IMG/VR virus record: IMGVR_UViG_2974597119_000001
Span: 30,006-94,005 of that record
DNA: 64,000 nt
Source: a virus
Lineage: Duplodnaviria > Caudoviricetes
Reading direction: 5' to 3' (one strand)
In this document: piece after piece, positions 37,006-46,903 of the stretch
How the letters are laid out: the number at the start of each line of letters is the position of its first letter
How positions within the stretch are numbered: the first letter of the stretch is position 1
Translations under genes and position numbers: made by a program
Notes under the pieces: model-generated
What the model was told of the DNA's origin: nothing
Seen by the model: only the letters and a program-made list of their open reading frames with translations
Database searches by the model: none

Positions 37006-37242
37006 ATGCAGAAACCCGCCCCGTTTTCCCGCGTCACCGGCTTCGCGCGCCTGCTCGCCGCCGCGATGGCAATGCCTGCCGCCTTCCGCCAGTCCGCGAT
37101 GGCGCAGATCGGCACCTACGAGTCGCGCGGCCACGGCACCGGTCGCTGGCTTGGCCTGTCGCGCAACACCGTCGCGCAGAACAAGCGCGCCGCGCTCAAG
37201 GCCCGCAACCGCGCGCGCAACAAGGCCGCGCATCGCGGGTAA
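37006..37242 (+). CDS. Basic hypothetical protein
   Basis: CAGGAG RBS; KRAALKARNR. Confidence 0.6.
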   Translation: MQKPAPFSRVTGFARLLAAAMAMPAAFRQSAMAQIGTYESRGHGTGRWLGLSRNTVAQNKRAALKARNRARNKAAHRG

Positions 37243-37289
37243 CCAGGTCTCGGCCCGCGCCGGCGGGCCGCCGTCCCCAAGGAACCATC

Positions 37290-37553
37290 ATGCTCACCAC
37301 CCTGAAAACCTACCAGCAGACGATGACGCGCCGCCTGCGCGCGATGCGCAGCGGCACCGTGATCGACGCCGCTCGCCAGCCGGAACCGGCCACCGTCGAC
37401 CGAGTGCGCAAGCTGGCGAACGACGCCATTCAGCAGTACAGCGACGAGGTGTTCGCTGGCGGCGAGCCCGTGTTCCCCGACTGGGCGCGCGACGTGCTCG
37501 AGCTGTGCGACCAGCACGACGCGATGGCCGCCAAGCTGCAGCGCCGGAGCTGA
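37290..37553 (+). CDS. Hypothetical protein
   Basis: AAGGAA RBS. Confidence 0.6.
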   Translation: MLTTLKTYQQTMTRRLRAMRSGTVIDAARQPEPATVDRVRKLANDAIQQYSDEVFAGGEPVFPDWARDVLELCDQHDAMAAKLQRRS

Positions 37554-37555
37554 TC

Positions 37556-37786
37556 ATGGCCGGCGCCCCGATCTACCAATGCGGCGACGCGACGTACACG
37601 AAGCAGTTCGCGCGCCGCGCCGACGGCCAATGGTTCTACCGGGTGACCGACCGCGTGACGCGCCGGCTCGGCCGCTGGATCCAATGCGCCGACCGGCCGC
37701 CGTATGCGTGGTACAACCCGGCCGCTGGCCGCGCGCGCCTGCCGCAACCTGATAGCGCGCTGCTATCGGCTGGCGCAGCAACATGA
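37556..37786 (+). CDS. Hypothetical protein
   Basis: GGAG RBS. Confidence 0.55.
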   Translation: MAGAPIYQCGDATYTKQFARRADGQWFYRVTDRVTRRLGRWIQCADRPPYAWYNPAAGRARLPQPDSALLSAGAAT

Positions 37787-37829
37787 GAACAACCAATTGG
37801 CGCGATGATTCGCGCGAGCGCACCATAAG
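37763..37829 (+). promoter_or_regulatory. Early promoter repeat, copy 4
   Basis: CTATCGGCTG...AACCAATTGG...TTCGCGCGAGCGCACCATAAG. Confidence 0.6.
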
Positions 37830-38076
37830 CACATGGTTGTTCAATTTTGATTAGGAGATTTCCATGCAACGCGATGACTGGCTCGACGACAAGAAGGATC
37901 CGCAGCTCGAGTGCGACGAGGCAATGACGCCGCTCGAGGCCGCGTGCATGACGCTGTGCGTGCTGATCCTGGTCGTCGGCTTCGGCACCCTGGCCTACTG
38001 GAATTGGTTCGCGTAACACCGCCGCCGCGCCGGCCGCGCGGCACCACCAAGCGCTACGGCGCGCAGGAGAAAGGAA

Positions 38077-38421
38077 GTGAAACGACTGATACGAGCTGCC
38101 GCCGCGATGCTGTCGCTGGCCGGCCTGACATTTTGCGCACCCGTCCCCGCCGCGCCCGCGCCTGCCGGCACCCCGCCGATATGCTCGTTCATCGCCGGCA
38201 TGTCGCAGGCCATCGCCGAGGACCGCGACGATGGGCTTTCCAAGATCGAAGTGATCCGCGAGATCCTTTCGGCTGACGCCTCCGACAAAGCGAAAGCGCT
38301 CGCGCTCAATCTGGCCGATCTGGTCTACCAGCCCGAGATCATCGACGAGCCGCCGAAGAAGATCGCCGCCGCGCTGCTGCTCGCGTGCGTGCAGAAGGTT
38401 GCGCCAAAGGGCGCGCTGTAA
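38077..38421 (+). CDS. Secreted hypothetical protein
   Basis: Signal-peptide-like N-terminus; GGAGAAAGG RBS. Confidence 0.6.
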   Translation: MKRLIRAAAAMLSLAGLTFCAPVPAAPAPAGTPPICSFIAGMSQAIAEDRDDGLSKIEVIREILSADASDKAKALALNLADLVYQPEIIDEPPKKIAAALLLACVQKVAPKGAL

Positions 38422-38487
38422 CCCGCCGCCCGGCCGGTTGCCGGGCCAACAAATCTGCGCCGACACAACGGCGCGCAAGGAGCAATT

Positions 38488-39276
38488 GTGGGACTGGATG
38501 TCTACCTGAAAAAGTGCGCTGACCGCGCCGAGGCCGACCGCATCGAGGACGATTACGAAAAGCAAAGCGATGCGTTTTGGGAGGCCGGCGGCGGCTACAG
38601 CAACGCGACCGAGGAGCAGAAGGTGGAAATTCGCGCCAAGTGTGCCGCGCTCGCGGAACAGCTCGGCATCGACGGCTACCAGCACAAGAGCCGCACGAAA
38701 ATCGAGGTCGACTCCAAAATCGACCCAGAGCATTACTTCAAGATCGGCTACTTCCGCAGCAGCTACAACGGCGGCGGGTTCGACGCGGTGATGAGGCGGT
38801 TCGGGTTGCCGTCGTTGGGCGACATCATGGGCGCCGGCGACGACTACGAGTTTGTGCCCGACTGGGACGCATCGCTGGCCCGCGCCAACGACGCCATCGC
38901 CAAGTACGAAGCCCACCTCGCCTCGCCGGTCGGTAAGTACGACGTGCTGGAAGTGTCTGGTTTCGATCAGGTCGGCGGCAAGGAACAAGCGCTCGCGATT
39001 TTCGCAAAGGAAATCGAGCGAGAGCACGCGCCCGGTTTCCGCAGCTACTCGAACCGCGCCGGCGATTTCTACCTCGACGGAATCAAGGCGGTCGCGGTCA
39101 TCCCCGGCGGTCGCAGCATCCTGGGCCAGCCCGAAACCTACATCGTCTACGAGAAAGAATCCGGCGACGGCAAAGAGGACTGGTATCTGACCGCCATCAA
39201 GATCGTGCGCGAGACCTGCGAGTACGTGATCGCGCAGCCGGACCGCCAGCACTTCTATCTGGTCTGGTCGGGCTGA
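38488..39276 (+). CDS. Conserved phage hypothetical protein
   Basis: MGLDVYL...IGYFR motif; AAGGAG RBS. Confidence 0.7.
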   Translation: MGLDVYLKKCADRAEADRIEDDYEKQSDAFWEAGGGYSNATEEQKVEIRAKCAALAEQLGIDGYQHKSRTKIEVDSKIDPEHYFKIGYFRSSYNGGGFDAVMRRFGLPSLGDIMGAGDDYEFVPDWDASLARANDAIAKYEAHLASPVGKYDVLEVSGFDQVGGKEQALAIFAKEIEREHAPGFRSYSNRAGDFYLDGIKAVAVIPGGRSILGQPETYIVYEKESGDGKEDWYLTAIKIVRETCEYVIAQPDRQHFYLVWSG

Positions 39277-39334
39277 TCCAAGCCGCAGCATGCCCCGGTT
39301 CGCCGGGGCGCCCCGCCACCAACCAAGGAAAGGA

Positions 39335-39928
39335 ATGAACGACCTCGAAACCTTCAAGACGCTGCTCGAGCAGATGGACCCTGTTGAGATGGCGCAGCAC
39401 TCGACGATCAATCACCACGTCGACGGCATGCAGTACCTCTGCCTGCACCGCTCGCCGAAGCTGACCGCGAAAATCTACCTGATCGAGCAACCGACCAACC
39501 CGAACAGCGGCTTCCTCGTCCACCCGCATTCGCACCGCTACCCGTTCTCGAGCGTGGTGCTGGCCGGCCAGCTCGAGCACATCCGGTTTCTGGAAATGGA
39601 CGGCGCGAGCTGGGTCCGCTACAGCTACCGCGCGGAGAGCCGCCAGCGCCTCTATGACCGGGCATGCGGCCTGCTGGTGCATCGCATCGAACCGCATCAT
39701 CGCGGCTCGTCGTATTTCGTGCAGCCCTACGAGATCCACACGCTGCGCATGATCACCGAGCCGGCGAAGCCCGTGATGATCGGCCTGATGCAGTTCGCCG
39801 ACACGCAGCCCACGTCCGAGCTCTACCTGCCGGACGGCATGGACGAGGTTGCCTATCCGCAGTCGCGACAGCCCACTGCCATCGAGGCGTTCGCGCTGCG
39901 CAACCGTTGCCTGGAGCTGCTGAAATGA
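39335..39928 (+). CDS. Cupin-like protein
   Basis: VHPHSHRYPFSSVVLAG...EIHTL. Confidence 0.65.
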   Translation: MNDLETFKTLLEQMDPVEMAQHSTINHHVDGMQYLCLHRSPKLTAKIYLIEQPTNPNSGFLVHPHSHRYPFSSVVLAGQLEHIRFLEMDGASWVRYSYRAESRQRLYDRACGLLVHRIEPHHRGSSYFVQPYEIHTLRMITEPAKPVMIGLMQFADTQPTSELYLPDGMDEVAYPQSRQPTAIEAFALRNRCLELLK

Positions 39929-40998
39929 CCATGACCAAGGGGCGCATCGACCGCGCCGGCGAGATCGTTTTCCACGACGCAAGTCTGAAAATTTGGGAGG
40001 AAGGGTTAGCCGACGCCCGACGCGCAGGCGGCTTCAAGGGCGAGGACGCCTGGGAGCGCCAGTTCAAGCGCGACGTGTTCGCTCGCATCGTGCAGCAGCT
40101 CAACCGGTTGGGCTGGACCGTCGGGCCCTGGAGCGACGCCCACAAGTACAAGGCCATCGCGCGCAACCATCGCACCTGCGCCAAGGGCGACCTGCAAGCC
40201 CAGTTGTCGCTCAGCGGACGCTGCATCGAGTTCGAGATGTGGCAGGACGTGCAGAACGTCGAGAACCGCAACGGCGGCAAGTACGACTTCAATAAAGAGA
40301 GCCGGATGACCTATCTCCAGCGCCTGGAGATGGAGCGCACGCGCCGGCGGATCCGCGACTACCTCTGCAACGTGTTCACCGGCTACGAGTTTGTTCCGCC
40401 CAAGCCGAAGTGTGGCCCCGATGGCGTGACGGCCGTCGAGTACGCCGCGCGCAACCGGCGCACCAACGGGCACTACGTGCCCGAGCTCGACCGCGCCCGC
40501 ATCCACATGGAGAGCAACGCCCGCGCCGCCGACGGCGGCACCATCGAGCACGGCGCCAAGGTTTGGGCCCTGGACTACAAGGGCCGCGTCATAACCGGCA
40601 CGGCCTACTACAGCCTCAACAACTCCTGGCACATCGTGACCGGGCGCTATGGCCTGACCGTCTGCCACACAGGCAAGATTTTCACGCGTCGGCCTGAGAA
40701 CCTGCGCGTCAAGCAGAACGCCTACGAGCGCCGCCAGCGCCTCGAGCGCGAGCTTGCGAAGGCGACCGAAGCGATGAACTTCGAGCGCGCCGCCGTGCTG
40801 CGCGACATCCTGTTCCCGGGAAATCCCGAGCTGTTCGTCGTCTGGCACAAGAAGCACGAGGCGTACCACTGCGCCAACTTCTGCGGTTACACCCGCGACA
40901 AGATCAAGGCCGGCCGGTTCACCGCCGACGAGGTGCGCAACTGGCGCCACGAGCCCAACGAGGTCATCGCCCTGTCCGGCGAGAAGGTGGCGGCATGA
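39925..40998 (+). CDS. Hypothetical protein with UVR-like motif
   Basis: AMNFERAAVLRD. Confidence 0.7.
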   Translation: MTMTKGRIDRAGEIVFHDASLKIWEEGLADARRAGGFKGEDAWERQFKRDVFARIVQQLNRLGWTVGPWSDAHKYKAIARNHRTCAKGDLQAQLSLSGRCIEFEMWQDVQNVENRNGGKYDFNKESRMTYLQRLEMERTRRRIRDYLCNVFTGYEFVPPKPKCGPDGVTAVEYAARNRRTNGHYVPELDRARIHMESNARAADGGTIEHGAKVWALDYKGRVITGTAYYSLNNSWHIVTGRYGLTVCHTGKIFTRRPENLRVKQNAYERRQRLERELAKATEAMNFERAAVLRDILFPGNPELFVVWHKKHEAYHCANFCGYTRDKIKAGRFTADEVRNWRHEPNEVIALSGEKVAA

Positions 40999-41216
40999 CC
41001 TTCGGCGCCATCCCACCCAAGCAGCTCACAGCGCGCGAGGCGGCCGACGTGCACGGCGTGACGCCGCGCCGCATCCAGAGGCTGGCCGAGGACGGCCGGA
41101 TCCCTGGCGCCGTGAAGAAAGGCCCCATCTGGCTTGTGCCGGCGGGCTTTTCTGTCCTGCCGCCCCCGAAACGCAAGCGCGCGCTGGCGAAAATCAAGGC
41201 GGGGAGCGGCCTGTAG
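40995..41216 (+). CDS. Excisionase-like HTH protein
   Basis: LTAREAADVHGVTPRRIQRL..GRIPGA.K.G..WLVP. Confidence 0.75.
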   Translation: MTFGAIPPKQLTAREAADVHGVTPRRIQRLAEDGRIPGAVKKGPIWLVPAGFSVLPPPKRKRALAKIKAGSGL

Positions 41217-41222
41217 GCGCGG

Positions 41223-41237
41223 TCGTGATCGCACAAT
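41223..41237 (+). promoter_or_regulatory. Late promoter motif (HTH-phosphoesterase)
   Basis: TCGTGAT-CG-CACAAT. Confidence 0.6.
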
Positions 41238-41266
41238 GGCCCCTGGCCCACTAACCACACGACGAC

Positions 41267-42550
41267 ATGGCTACCCAAAAAGTCACACAGGACGAGTTCA
41301 TTCAGGCGGCCGCGAAGCACAACTACAACGCCTACCAGATGGCAAAGGCCCTGGGCCTGGACCACTCGAACGTCGCGAAGCGGTTGAACAGGTTGATCAG
41401 CTCCGGCGCCATTGACGCGGCCGACGTGGAGGAAGCCAAGAAAGCGAACGGCCGCAAAGTCCCCCTGTCCGAGAACGAACGCAAGTTCCACGAGGACTGG
41501 GGGCCGCAGGAGTGCATCGACGAGCTGATGCGCATCGCGAAGATCGACGAGACGAAAGTGGTGACGCGGAACTACTTTCGCGTCCATTCGGACATCTCGG
41601 AATCGACCTGGAACCGTTATTTCGGCACGTTCCTCGAGTTCAAGCGACAGGCCGGGATCATGCTGTCGCGCCACGCGCACCGCATGGAGCGCGACATCGC
41701 CAAGCACGCCAGCAAGGACGTGCAGCGGGCCATGAACGAGCAGAAATCCGGCTGGGAAGGGGCATACCTACGCCCGTCCGGGAAACGCTTCCAGACCGTC
41801 CTGGTGGCGTCTGACATCCACGACATCGAATGCGATCCTTTCTGGCGGGTGTGCTTCCTGGACACCGCGCGCCGCGTGCAGCCCGAGAAAATCGTCATCA
41901 ACGGCGACGCGCTCGACCTGCCCGAGTTCGGCAAGTACGGCGTCGACCCGCGCGAGTGGGATGTTGTCGGCCGGATCCGCTGGCTGCACCAGTTCCTGGC
42001 CGACGTGCGCAAGGCCAGCCCCGAGAGCGAGATCGTCTACATCGAGGGAAATCACGAGTTCCGCCTGCTGCGCCATCTTGCGGAGGCCACGCCGGCGCTC
42101 AAGGTTGTGCTGTCCGACCTGCACGGCTTCACCGTGCCGAAGCTGCTGGGCCTGGACACCTACGAGGTGAACTACATCGCCCGCATGGATCTCGCTGCCT
42201 TTACCGAGCGCGACGTGAAAGACGAGCTCAAGAAGAACTACCACATCATGTTCGACTGCCTGCTGGCGCACCACTTCCCCGAAGGGCGCCAGATGGGCTA
42301 TCCGGGCTTCAACGGCCATCACCACAAGCACATCGTCTGGCCGTTCTACTCGCCCACCTTCGGCTCGACCGAATGGCACCAGCTTGGCTGCGGCCATCAG
42401 CGCGCCGCCAGCTATTGCGCCGGCGAGAAGTGGGCGCTGGGCTTCATGCTGGCGCACGTCGACACGCACCAGAAGCACGTCCAGTTCGAGTATGTCGAGG
42501 TCCGCGACTTCGCGATGATCGGCGGGAAGTTCTACCAGCGCGCGGCTTAG
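41267..42550 (+). CDS. HTH plus calcineurin-like metallophosphoesterase
   Basis: SDIH, NGDALD, EGNHE, GHHH; N-terminal HTH. Confidence 0.8.
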   Translation: MATQKVTQDEFIQAAAKHNYNAYQMAKALGLDHSNVAKRLNRLISSGAIDAADVEEAKKANGRKVPLSENERKFHEDWGPQECIDELMRIAKIDETKVVTRNYFRVHSDISESTWNRYFGTFLEFKRQAGIMLSRHAHRMERDIAKHASKDVQRAMNEQKSGWEGAYLRPSGKRFQTVLVASDIHDIECDPFWRVCFLDTARRVQPEKIVINGDALDLPEFGKYGVDPREWDVVGRIRWLHQFLADVRKASPESEIVYIEGNHEFRLLRHLAEATPALKVVLSDLHGFTVPKLLGLDTYEVNYIARMDLAAFTERDVKDELKKNYHIMFDCLLAHHFPEGRQMGYPGFNGHHHKHIVWPFYSPTFGSTEWHQLGCGHQRAASYCAGEKWALGFMLAHVDTHQKHVQFEYVEVRDFAMIGGKFYQRAA

Positions 42551-42873
42551 GCCAGCGCCCCCGCCGCGCGGGCGCACATCTTCACTTGCAGCAGGATCCC
42601 GAGGCGCTTGAACAGCGCCTCGTCCTCATAGAACAGGCCCTTGGACGCCAGATAGCCCTGGCAGAGTTCTGGCGTGGGCATCTCGCCGCCCCAGGTCGCG
42701 TCGACGAAGCGATACAGCGCGGCGCTTTCCTGCACCCACGGGCCCACTGCATCGAAGTCGGCGCGCACGGCGTTGCGCAGGATGGCCTGCTCGCGGCCGA
42801 CAATGCCGGCGCGCTCACAGTAGTAGGCGAATTCGGTCTTGAAGCCGGCCGGGACTTGGATCGGCGCGGCCAT
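42547..42873 (-). CDS. Hypothetical protein
   Basis: Coupled to the primase stop. Confidence 0.6.
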   Translation of the reverse strand: MAAPIQVPAGFKTEFAYYCERAGIVGREQAILRNAVRADFDAVGPWVQESAALYRFVDATWGGEMPTPELCQGYLASKGLFYEDEALFKRLGILLQVKMCARAAGALA

Positions 42874-45716
42874 CAGAACGGCTCCGTCTCAAGGTCGGCC
42901 AGCGTCGCCGGCCGCGCCGGCGGTGTCGTCGGCAGGTCATGCAGGATCGGGTCGAGCGGCACGCGGATGCACTTCGATTGTACGCCGTTGAACTTGAGCG
43001 GCTTGTTGATGTTGCGGTCGGCGCCGGGCACGCGCAGCAGCATGCCGCGCAGGTCGGCAGCGTATTGCGTGTCAGCAACCAGCCGCTTGAGCTCGTTCGA
43101 GCTGTTGGACAGCACCAGGAACCCGTCTTTGACGCGCATTCCGTGGCGCTGGAGGAACGAATCGGCCTTGGTGCTGCCGATGTCCAGGCCGGGCACCGAG
43201 ACGTTGCTGGCCTCGCACACGAGCTCGTAGACCGTGATGTCGATGCCGTTGATCCGGATCTTGCCTTCCATGAGCGCGGACAGCGCGCGAGCGCTTTCGT
43301 CCTCGTCGGCGCCTTCCAGGTGTTCGGACCAGTCGTATTCCTTGATCAGGGCCTCGGCCTGCTCCTGCGTCGCCACGGCGCTCGAGATTAGCGACCACGC
43401 GCCGGCCAGCAGCGTCCCGTACTGGTCGCCGTCGCGCTGACTGCCGAACACGCGTGCGCCGGCTTCGGTGAACACGTCGATGTTCTTGAGCGTCGTCGGC
43501 AGCAGGTCGATGGCCCGGCGCAGCAGGCGGCGCGGTACTGTCGGGTCGTGCTCGACCAGGGCATGAATGGCGTCCCTAAGCGACTTCCACTCGTTCGGGT
43601 CGCCCTTGCCGTCACGGCCAGAACGCAGCGTGAGCACGGACAGGCGGTCGATGTCGGCCTTGTTCTTGAGCGCCACCTGGATCGACGCGAGGCAGAACAT
43701 GCTGCGGATATGGAACGTCATGCCGGAGCCGTCGGCTGTGCCCTTAAGCGTCTCGGCGTCGGATTCGGTCGATGCCTGCCGGATCAGAGCCAGGATCGAC
43801 TGGATGCGCTTCGCGTCGCTTTCCTCGGTCGATTCGGATTCGTCCATGAGCACCGGCAGCGCGTCGGCCTTGAGCCGCTGGCGGATGCCGGCCTCGGAGC
43901 TCGAGCCCTGCGCAAACACGTCAGTCCCGCGCAACAGGTTGTGCGCCATCTTGGCGATGGTCGACTTGCCCGATCCGGCGCCGCCGGTGATCCAGAGGTG
44001 CGGCCGCCAGGGCATCGCCCCGCACACGGGCGCCAGCGCCACCCAGCCTACGAACAGGACCGCAGAGCCAGGTTTGGACCAACGGAACCGCCGAACGAGC
44101 TCGAGGAGCTGCTGGCCCTCGGCCTCGGTGAATTGACGGTCATGTGGATCCGGCAACGACTTGCCGAGCTCGTAGACGAATTCCGACTCCAGACGCGTGA
44201 TCTCCACGCGCTGGCCGTCGACGCTCAGGTAGCCGCCGTGGTGATAGATCGCCCTGCCCTCGTCGGCCCAGGCGCCGCGCCCACGGATCCGGCTGGTATC
44301 GTAGATGCCGCGCTTCTCGGCCGTGCGCACGATGAAGTTGGCGGCCGCCTTGCGGTCGATGCCGCCGGCCTTTTCGCTGCCAGGGAAGCACGCCTCCCAC
44401 CAGTTCAGCGGCGCGAGCGCGATCAGGCCAATGTCGGAGAAATCGCCTTTCGTGCAGACGATGATCTGCCGCTTGCCGTGGCTGAAAATGAAGTACTGGT
44501 CCCGGTCATAACCCAGGATCGTGAAATAGCCGTTGTTCTCCGGCCGGTCGTCGCCGTCATCCTCATCGTCGTCGCCATCGGGCGGCGCGCCGTCGCTGGC
44601 TGGCGGATCATCCTCATCCGAGCCTTCCCAGGGCGGCGGCGGGTCATTGTCGGGCGGCGCGGGGTCCGGCGCCGGCGGCGGGTTGAGCACGGCGTCGAAC
44701 ACGCCGCAGATGGCCTCGTGGCCCTCGAGCTGCTGCAGGTCGTTGAAGTCGGTCGGGCCGTGGGCGCGGCCGCCGCGCTCGTTCGTGGCGCCCAGCGCCG
44801 CATCGAACGGCGGGAACGCGACCAAGGCGCCCACCTCTTTCTCGCACTCGCGTGCGCGCGTCAGGCCCGGGTTCACGACCGGCTTGAGCGTCCACTGGTC
44901 GTTGTCGGCCGCGATGATGATGATGGCATCCGGGAACCGCGCGCGCCAGACCTTCGCCACCGGCAGCAGGTTCGGCGCGTCGAACGCGATGATGACCGCG
45001 TGCCCTGTCGCCTCGTGGATACTGGCGCCCGTGGCATAGCCTTCGCAGATGACGATGACCTGCTTGCCCTCGTGCTCGAGCGGCCGGCCGATCACCCAAA
45101 AGTGCCCCTCTTTGTCGCCGTCCGTCAGGTACCACTTGTCCGATGCGCCCTCGCGCTTCTTCGGCATGATGGCCTGCAGGCTGTGGATGCGCTTCGTCAG
45201 GTCGCGCATCGGGATCAGCAGGGCCTGATTGGTGACCGTGTGCACCTCGCCGGTGTCTTGATTGATCACCTCCCAGCGACCGACGCGAAGGCCGTGAGCG
45301 CGGATGCCCTTGCGCTCGAGGTAGGGGTGCGCGTCGCAGTCGACAGCCTCGGACCACAGGCGATTGGCGCGCTCGGCGGCAGCGGCGCTCGCCGCCGCGT
45401 CCTCGGCCGCGCGCTGCGCCTCGATGCGCTCCATGCGCTCGCGATAGGCGCGCTTCTCGGCGGCCGTCAGCGGCGCGCGCTTGATGTCGGCCTTCCAGGT
45501 GAATTTCGTGTCGTGGCCGTAGCGGCGGTTGCAGCCGAACATGCCGGCGGGCCGGTCGTCGGCGTGCAGCACGTACCAAACAGTCTTTTCCCGGTCGCCA
45601 TCGGCGCGGATACGGTGGAGCTTGCCGTCGGCCTTTAGGTCAGCAGCCGATACGTGAATATCTTCCTCACGCATGGCCCTGCAGAACTGATCGATGATGT
45701 CGGATTCATGCAACAT
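42873..45716 (-). CDS. Primase-helicase (Toprim plus P-loop), P4-alpha-like architecture
   Basis: HPYLERKGI, ICEGYATG, AADND, DFND; GGAGSGKST, LMDE. Confidence 0.9.
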   Translation of the reverse strand: MLHESDIIDQFCRAMREEDIHVSAADLKADGKLHRIRADGDREKTVWYVLHADDRPAGMFGCNRRYGHDTKFTWKADIKRAPLTAAEKRAYRERMERIEAQRAAEDAAASAAAAERANRLWSEAVDCDAHPYLERKGIRAHGLRVGRWEVINQDTGEVHTVTNQALLIPMRDLTKRIHSLQAIMPKKREGASDKWYLTDGDKEGHFWVIGRPLEHEGKQVIVICEGYATGASIHEATGHAVIIAFDAPNLLPVAKVWRARFPDAIIIIAADNDQWTLKPVVNPGLTRARECEKEVGALVAFPPFDAALGATNERGGRAHGPTDFNDLQQLEGHEAICGVFDAVLNPPPAPDPAPPDNDPPPPWEGSDEDDPPASDGAPPDGDDDEDDGDDRPENNGYFTILGYDRDQYFIFSHGKRQIIVCTKGDFSDIGLIALAPLNWWEACFPGSEKAGGIDRKAAANFIVRTAEKRGIYDTSRIRGRGAWADEGRAIYHHGGYLSVDGQRVEITRLESEFVYELGKSLPDPHDRQFTEAEGQQLLELVRRFRWSKPGSAVLFVGWVALAPVCGAMPWRPHLWITGGAGSGKSTIAKMAHNLLRGTDVFAQGSSSEAGIRQRLKADALPVLMDESESTEESDAKRIQSILALIRQASTESDAETLKGTADGSGMTFHIRSMFCLASIQVALKNKADIDRLSVLTLRSGRDGKGDPNEWKSLRDAIHALVEHDPTVPRRLLRRAIDLLPTTLKNIDVFTEAGARVFGSQRDGDQYGTLLAGAWSLISSAVATQEQAEALIKEYDWSEHLEGADEDESARALSALMEGKIRINGIDITVYELVCEASNVSVPGLDIGSTKADSFLQRHGMRVKDGFLVLSNSSNELKRLVADTQYAADLRGMLLRVPGADRNINKPLKFNGVQSKCIRVPLDPILHDLPTTPPARPATLADLETEPF

Positions 45717-45783
45717 ACATGCTCCGACTTGGCGTTACCGACATACTTCCCCTGCTACGAAGCCTGCTGACCTTGAAAAAGGA

Positions 45784-45835
45784 GGTGCGAGAGCGCGTCA
45801 GCAGGAACGCTTCGGGAGCTACCCTATCTCGCACC
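45784..45835 (-). ncRNA. C4/CI-like antisense RNA in the primase leader, with downstream targets
   Basis: GGTGCGAGA/TCTCGCACC stem, GGGTAGCTCCC hairpin; loop CCTGCTGAC is complementary to 45763-45771 and partly to 45751-45758. Confidence 0.6.
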
Positions 45836-45943
45836 GGAAAATGACACGGCTGGAGCAATTGCTGCCTGGGCATCGCGTGAAATGCGATGAAGCCGTGGCG
45901 CGTCTGGTGATTCTACGCGTGTTTTCGATCACGCGGTTTTGGA

Positions 45944-46402
45944 TCAACTAACGCCGCGATCCCGGCAATAGTCTGCGACTATCGACTGCGCGACGGCCGG
46001 CGTGTGCGCCACGCCCGCGATGCCGCCGGCCTCGCGCACGAAGTCGATGAAATGGCGCTGATCGTCCGACGTGCGGCCGCCGCCTGATTCCTTGGTCTCG
46101 ATGGCGGTGAAAACGGCCACCGGCCGGCCGACCATCTCCGGCGTGACGATGATGCTGGTCATGCCGCAGAGGTCGGACGCGCCGACGACCGGCTTGCCGT
46201 TCACCATGCCGAAGCCCAGGGTGATCGGGCGCGCGGCCGCCAGCGTCACCGAGCCGTCCTTGTTCCGGATCGGCTTGCCGGCGCCGACCCAGGCCGTGCC
46301 GGTGTTCACCCGCCAGAGCGTGACGCGGACGGCGGCGCGGAACAGCGACGACAGCGCTGACGCCGCCGCCCACACCAGCCGCTGGACGTTGGATTCACGC
46401 AT
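45944..46402 (-). CDS. VRR-NUC-like nuclease
   Basis: MRESNVQ...GASDL...AIETK...GRTSDDQRHF. Confidence 0.8.
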   Translation of the reverse strand: MRESNVQRLVWAAASALSSLFRAAVRVTLWRVNTGTAWVGAGKPIRNKDGSVTLAAARPITLGFGMVNGKPVVGASDLCGMTSIIVTPEMVGRPVAVFTAIETKESGGGRTSDDQRHFIDFVREAGGIAGVAHTPAVAQSIVADYCRDRGVS

Positions 46403-46895
46403 TCACGTTCGACGCCGCGATCAGGCGGGCATCGTCCTCGCGCGCACCATGCTCGGCCAGCCCGGCGGCGCGGTTGTCGGCGATGGTGTAGTGCTTCGGA
46501 TCCTTGCCGGCGTGCAGCGCCTTGAGGCGCGCAACGTGCGGCGTGAGCTCCGTCACCAGCGCGCGGTAGCCGCCGGCGACCATGCGGTCGTCGTTGAGCT
46601 TTCCGGCGGCCTGGGCGTCGACCAGGATCGCGAGGCATGCCAGCGCGTGCGCCAGATGCGGCAGACCGCTATCCGGATCCACCTCCTCGCCCTCGAACCA
46701 TGCGTTCAGGTGCCGGCATGCCGCGTCGTAGTAGATCGACGCGCGCACGCCGATCTCGCGGAAGTTCGAGCGCCCGTACTTGAGCATGCCGTCGAGCAGG
46801 CCCAGGGCACCGAGCGCGGTCGCCGTCGTCGGCCAGAGGTGGAGCGGCAGCTTACCGCTGCCGATGGCGTCTTTGGGGTTGGTGGGCTTGTTCAT
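46395..46895 (-). CDS. dATP/dGTP diphosphohydrolase-like protein (DUF5664)
   Basis: NPKDAIG..K, GMLKYGRSN, DPDSGLPHLAHA. Confidence 0.8.
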   Translation of the reverse strand: MNKPTNPKDAIGSGKLPLHLWPTTATALGALGLLDGMLKYGRSNFREIGVRASIYYDAACRHLNAWFEGEEVDPDSGLPHLAHALACLAILVDAQAAGKLNDDRMVAGGYRALVTELTPHVARLKALHAGKDPKHYTIADNRAAGLAEHGAREDDARLIAASNVNA

Positions 46896-46903
46896 AATTG
46901 GGG

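Noticed and set aside
46395-46895. Z-genome (2-aminoadenine) pathway
   Set aside because: No purZ, datZ or DNA polymerase gene in the window
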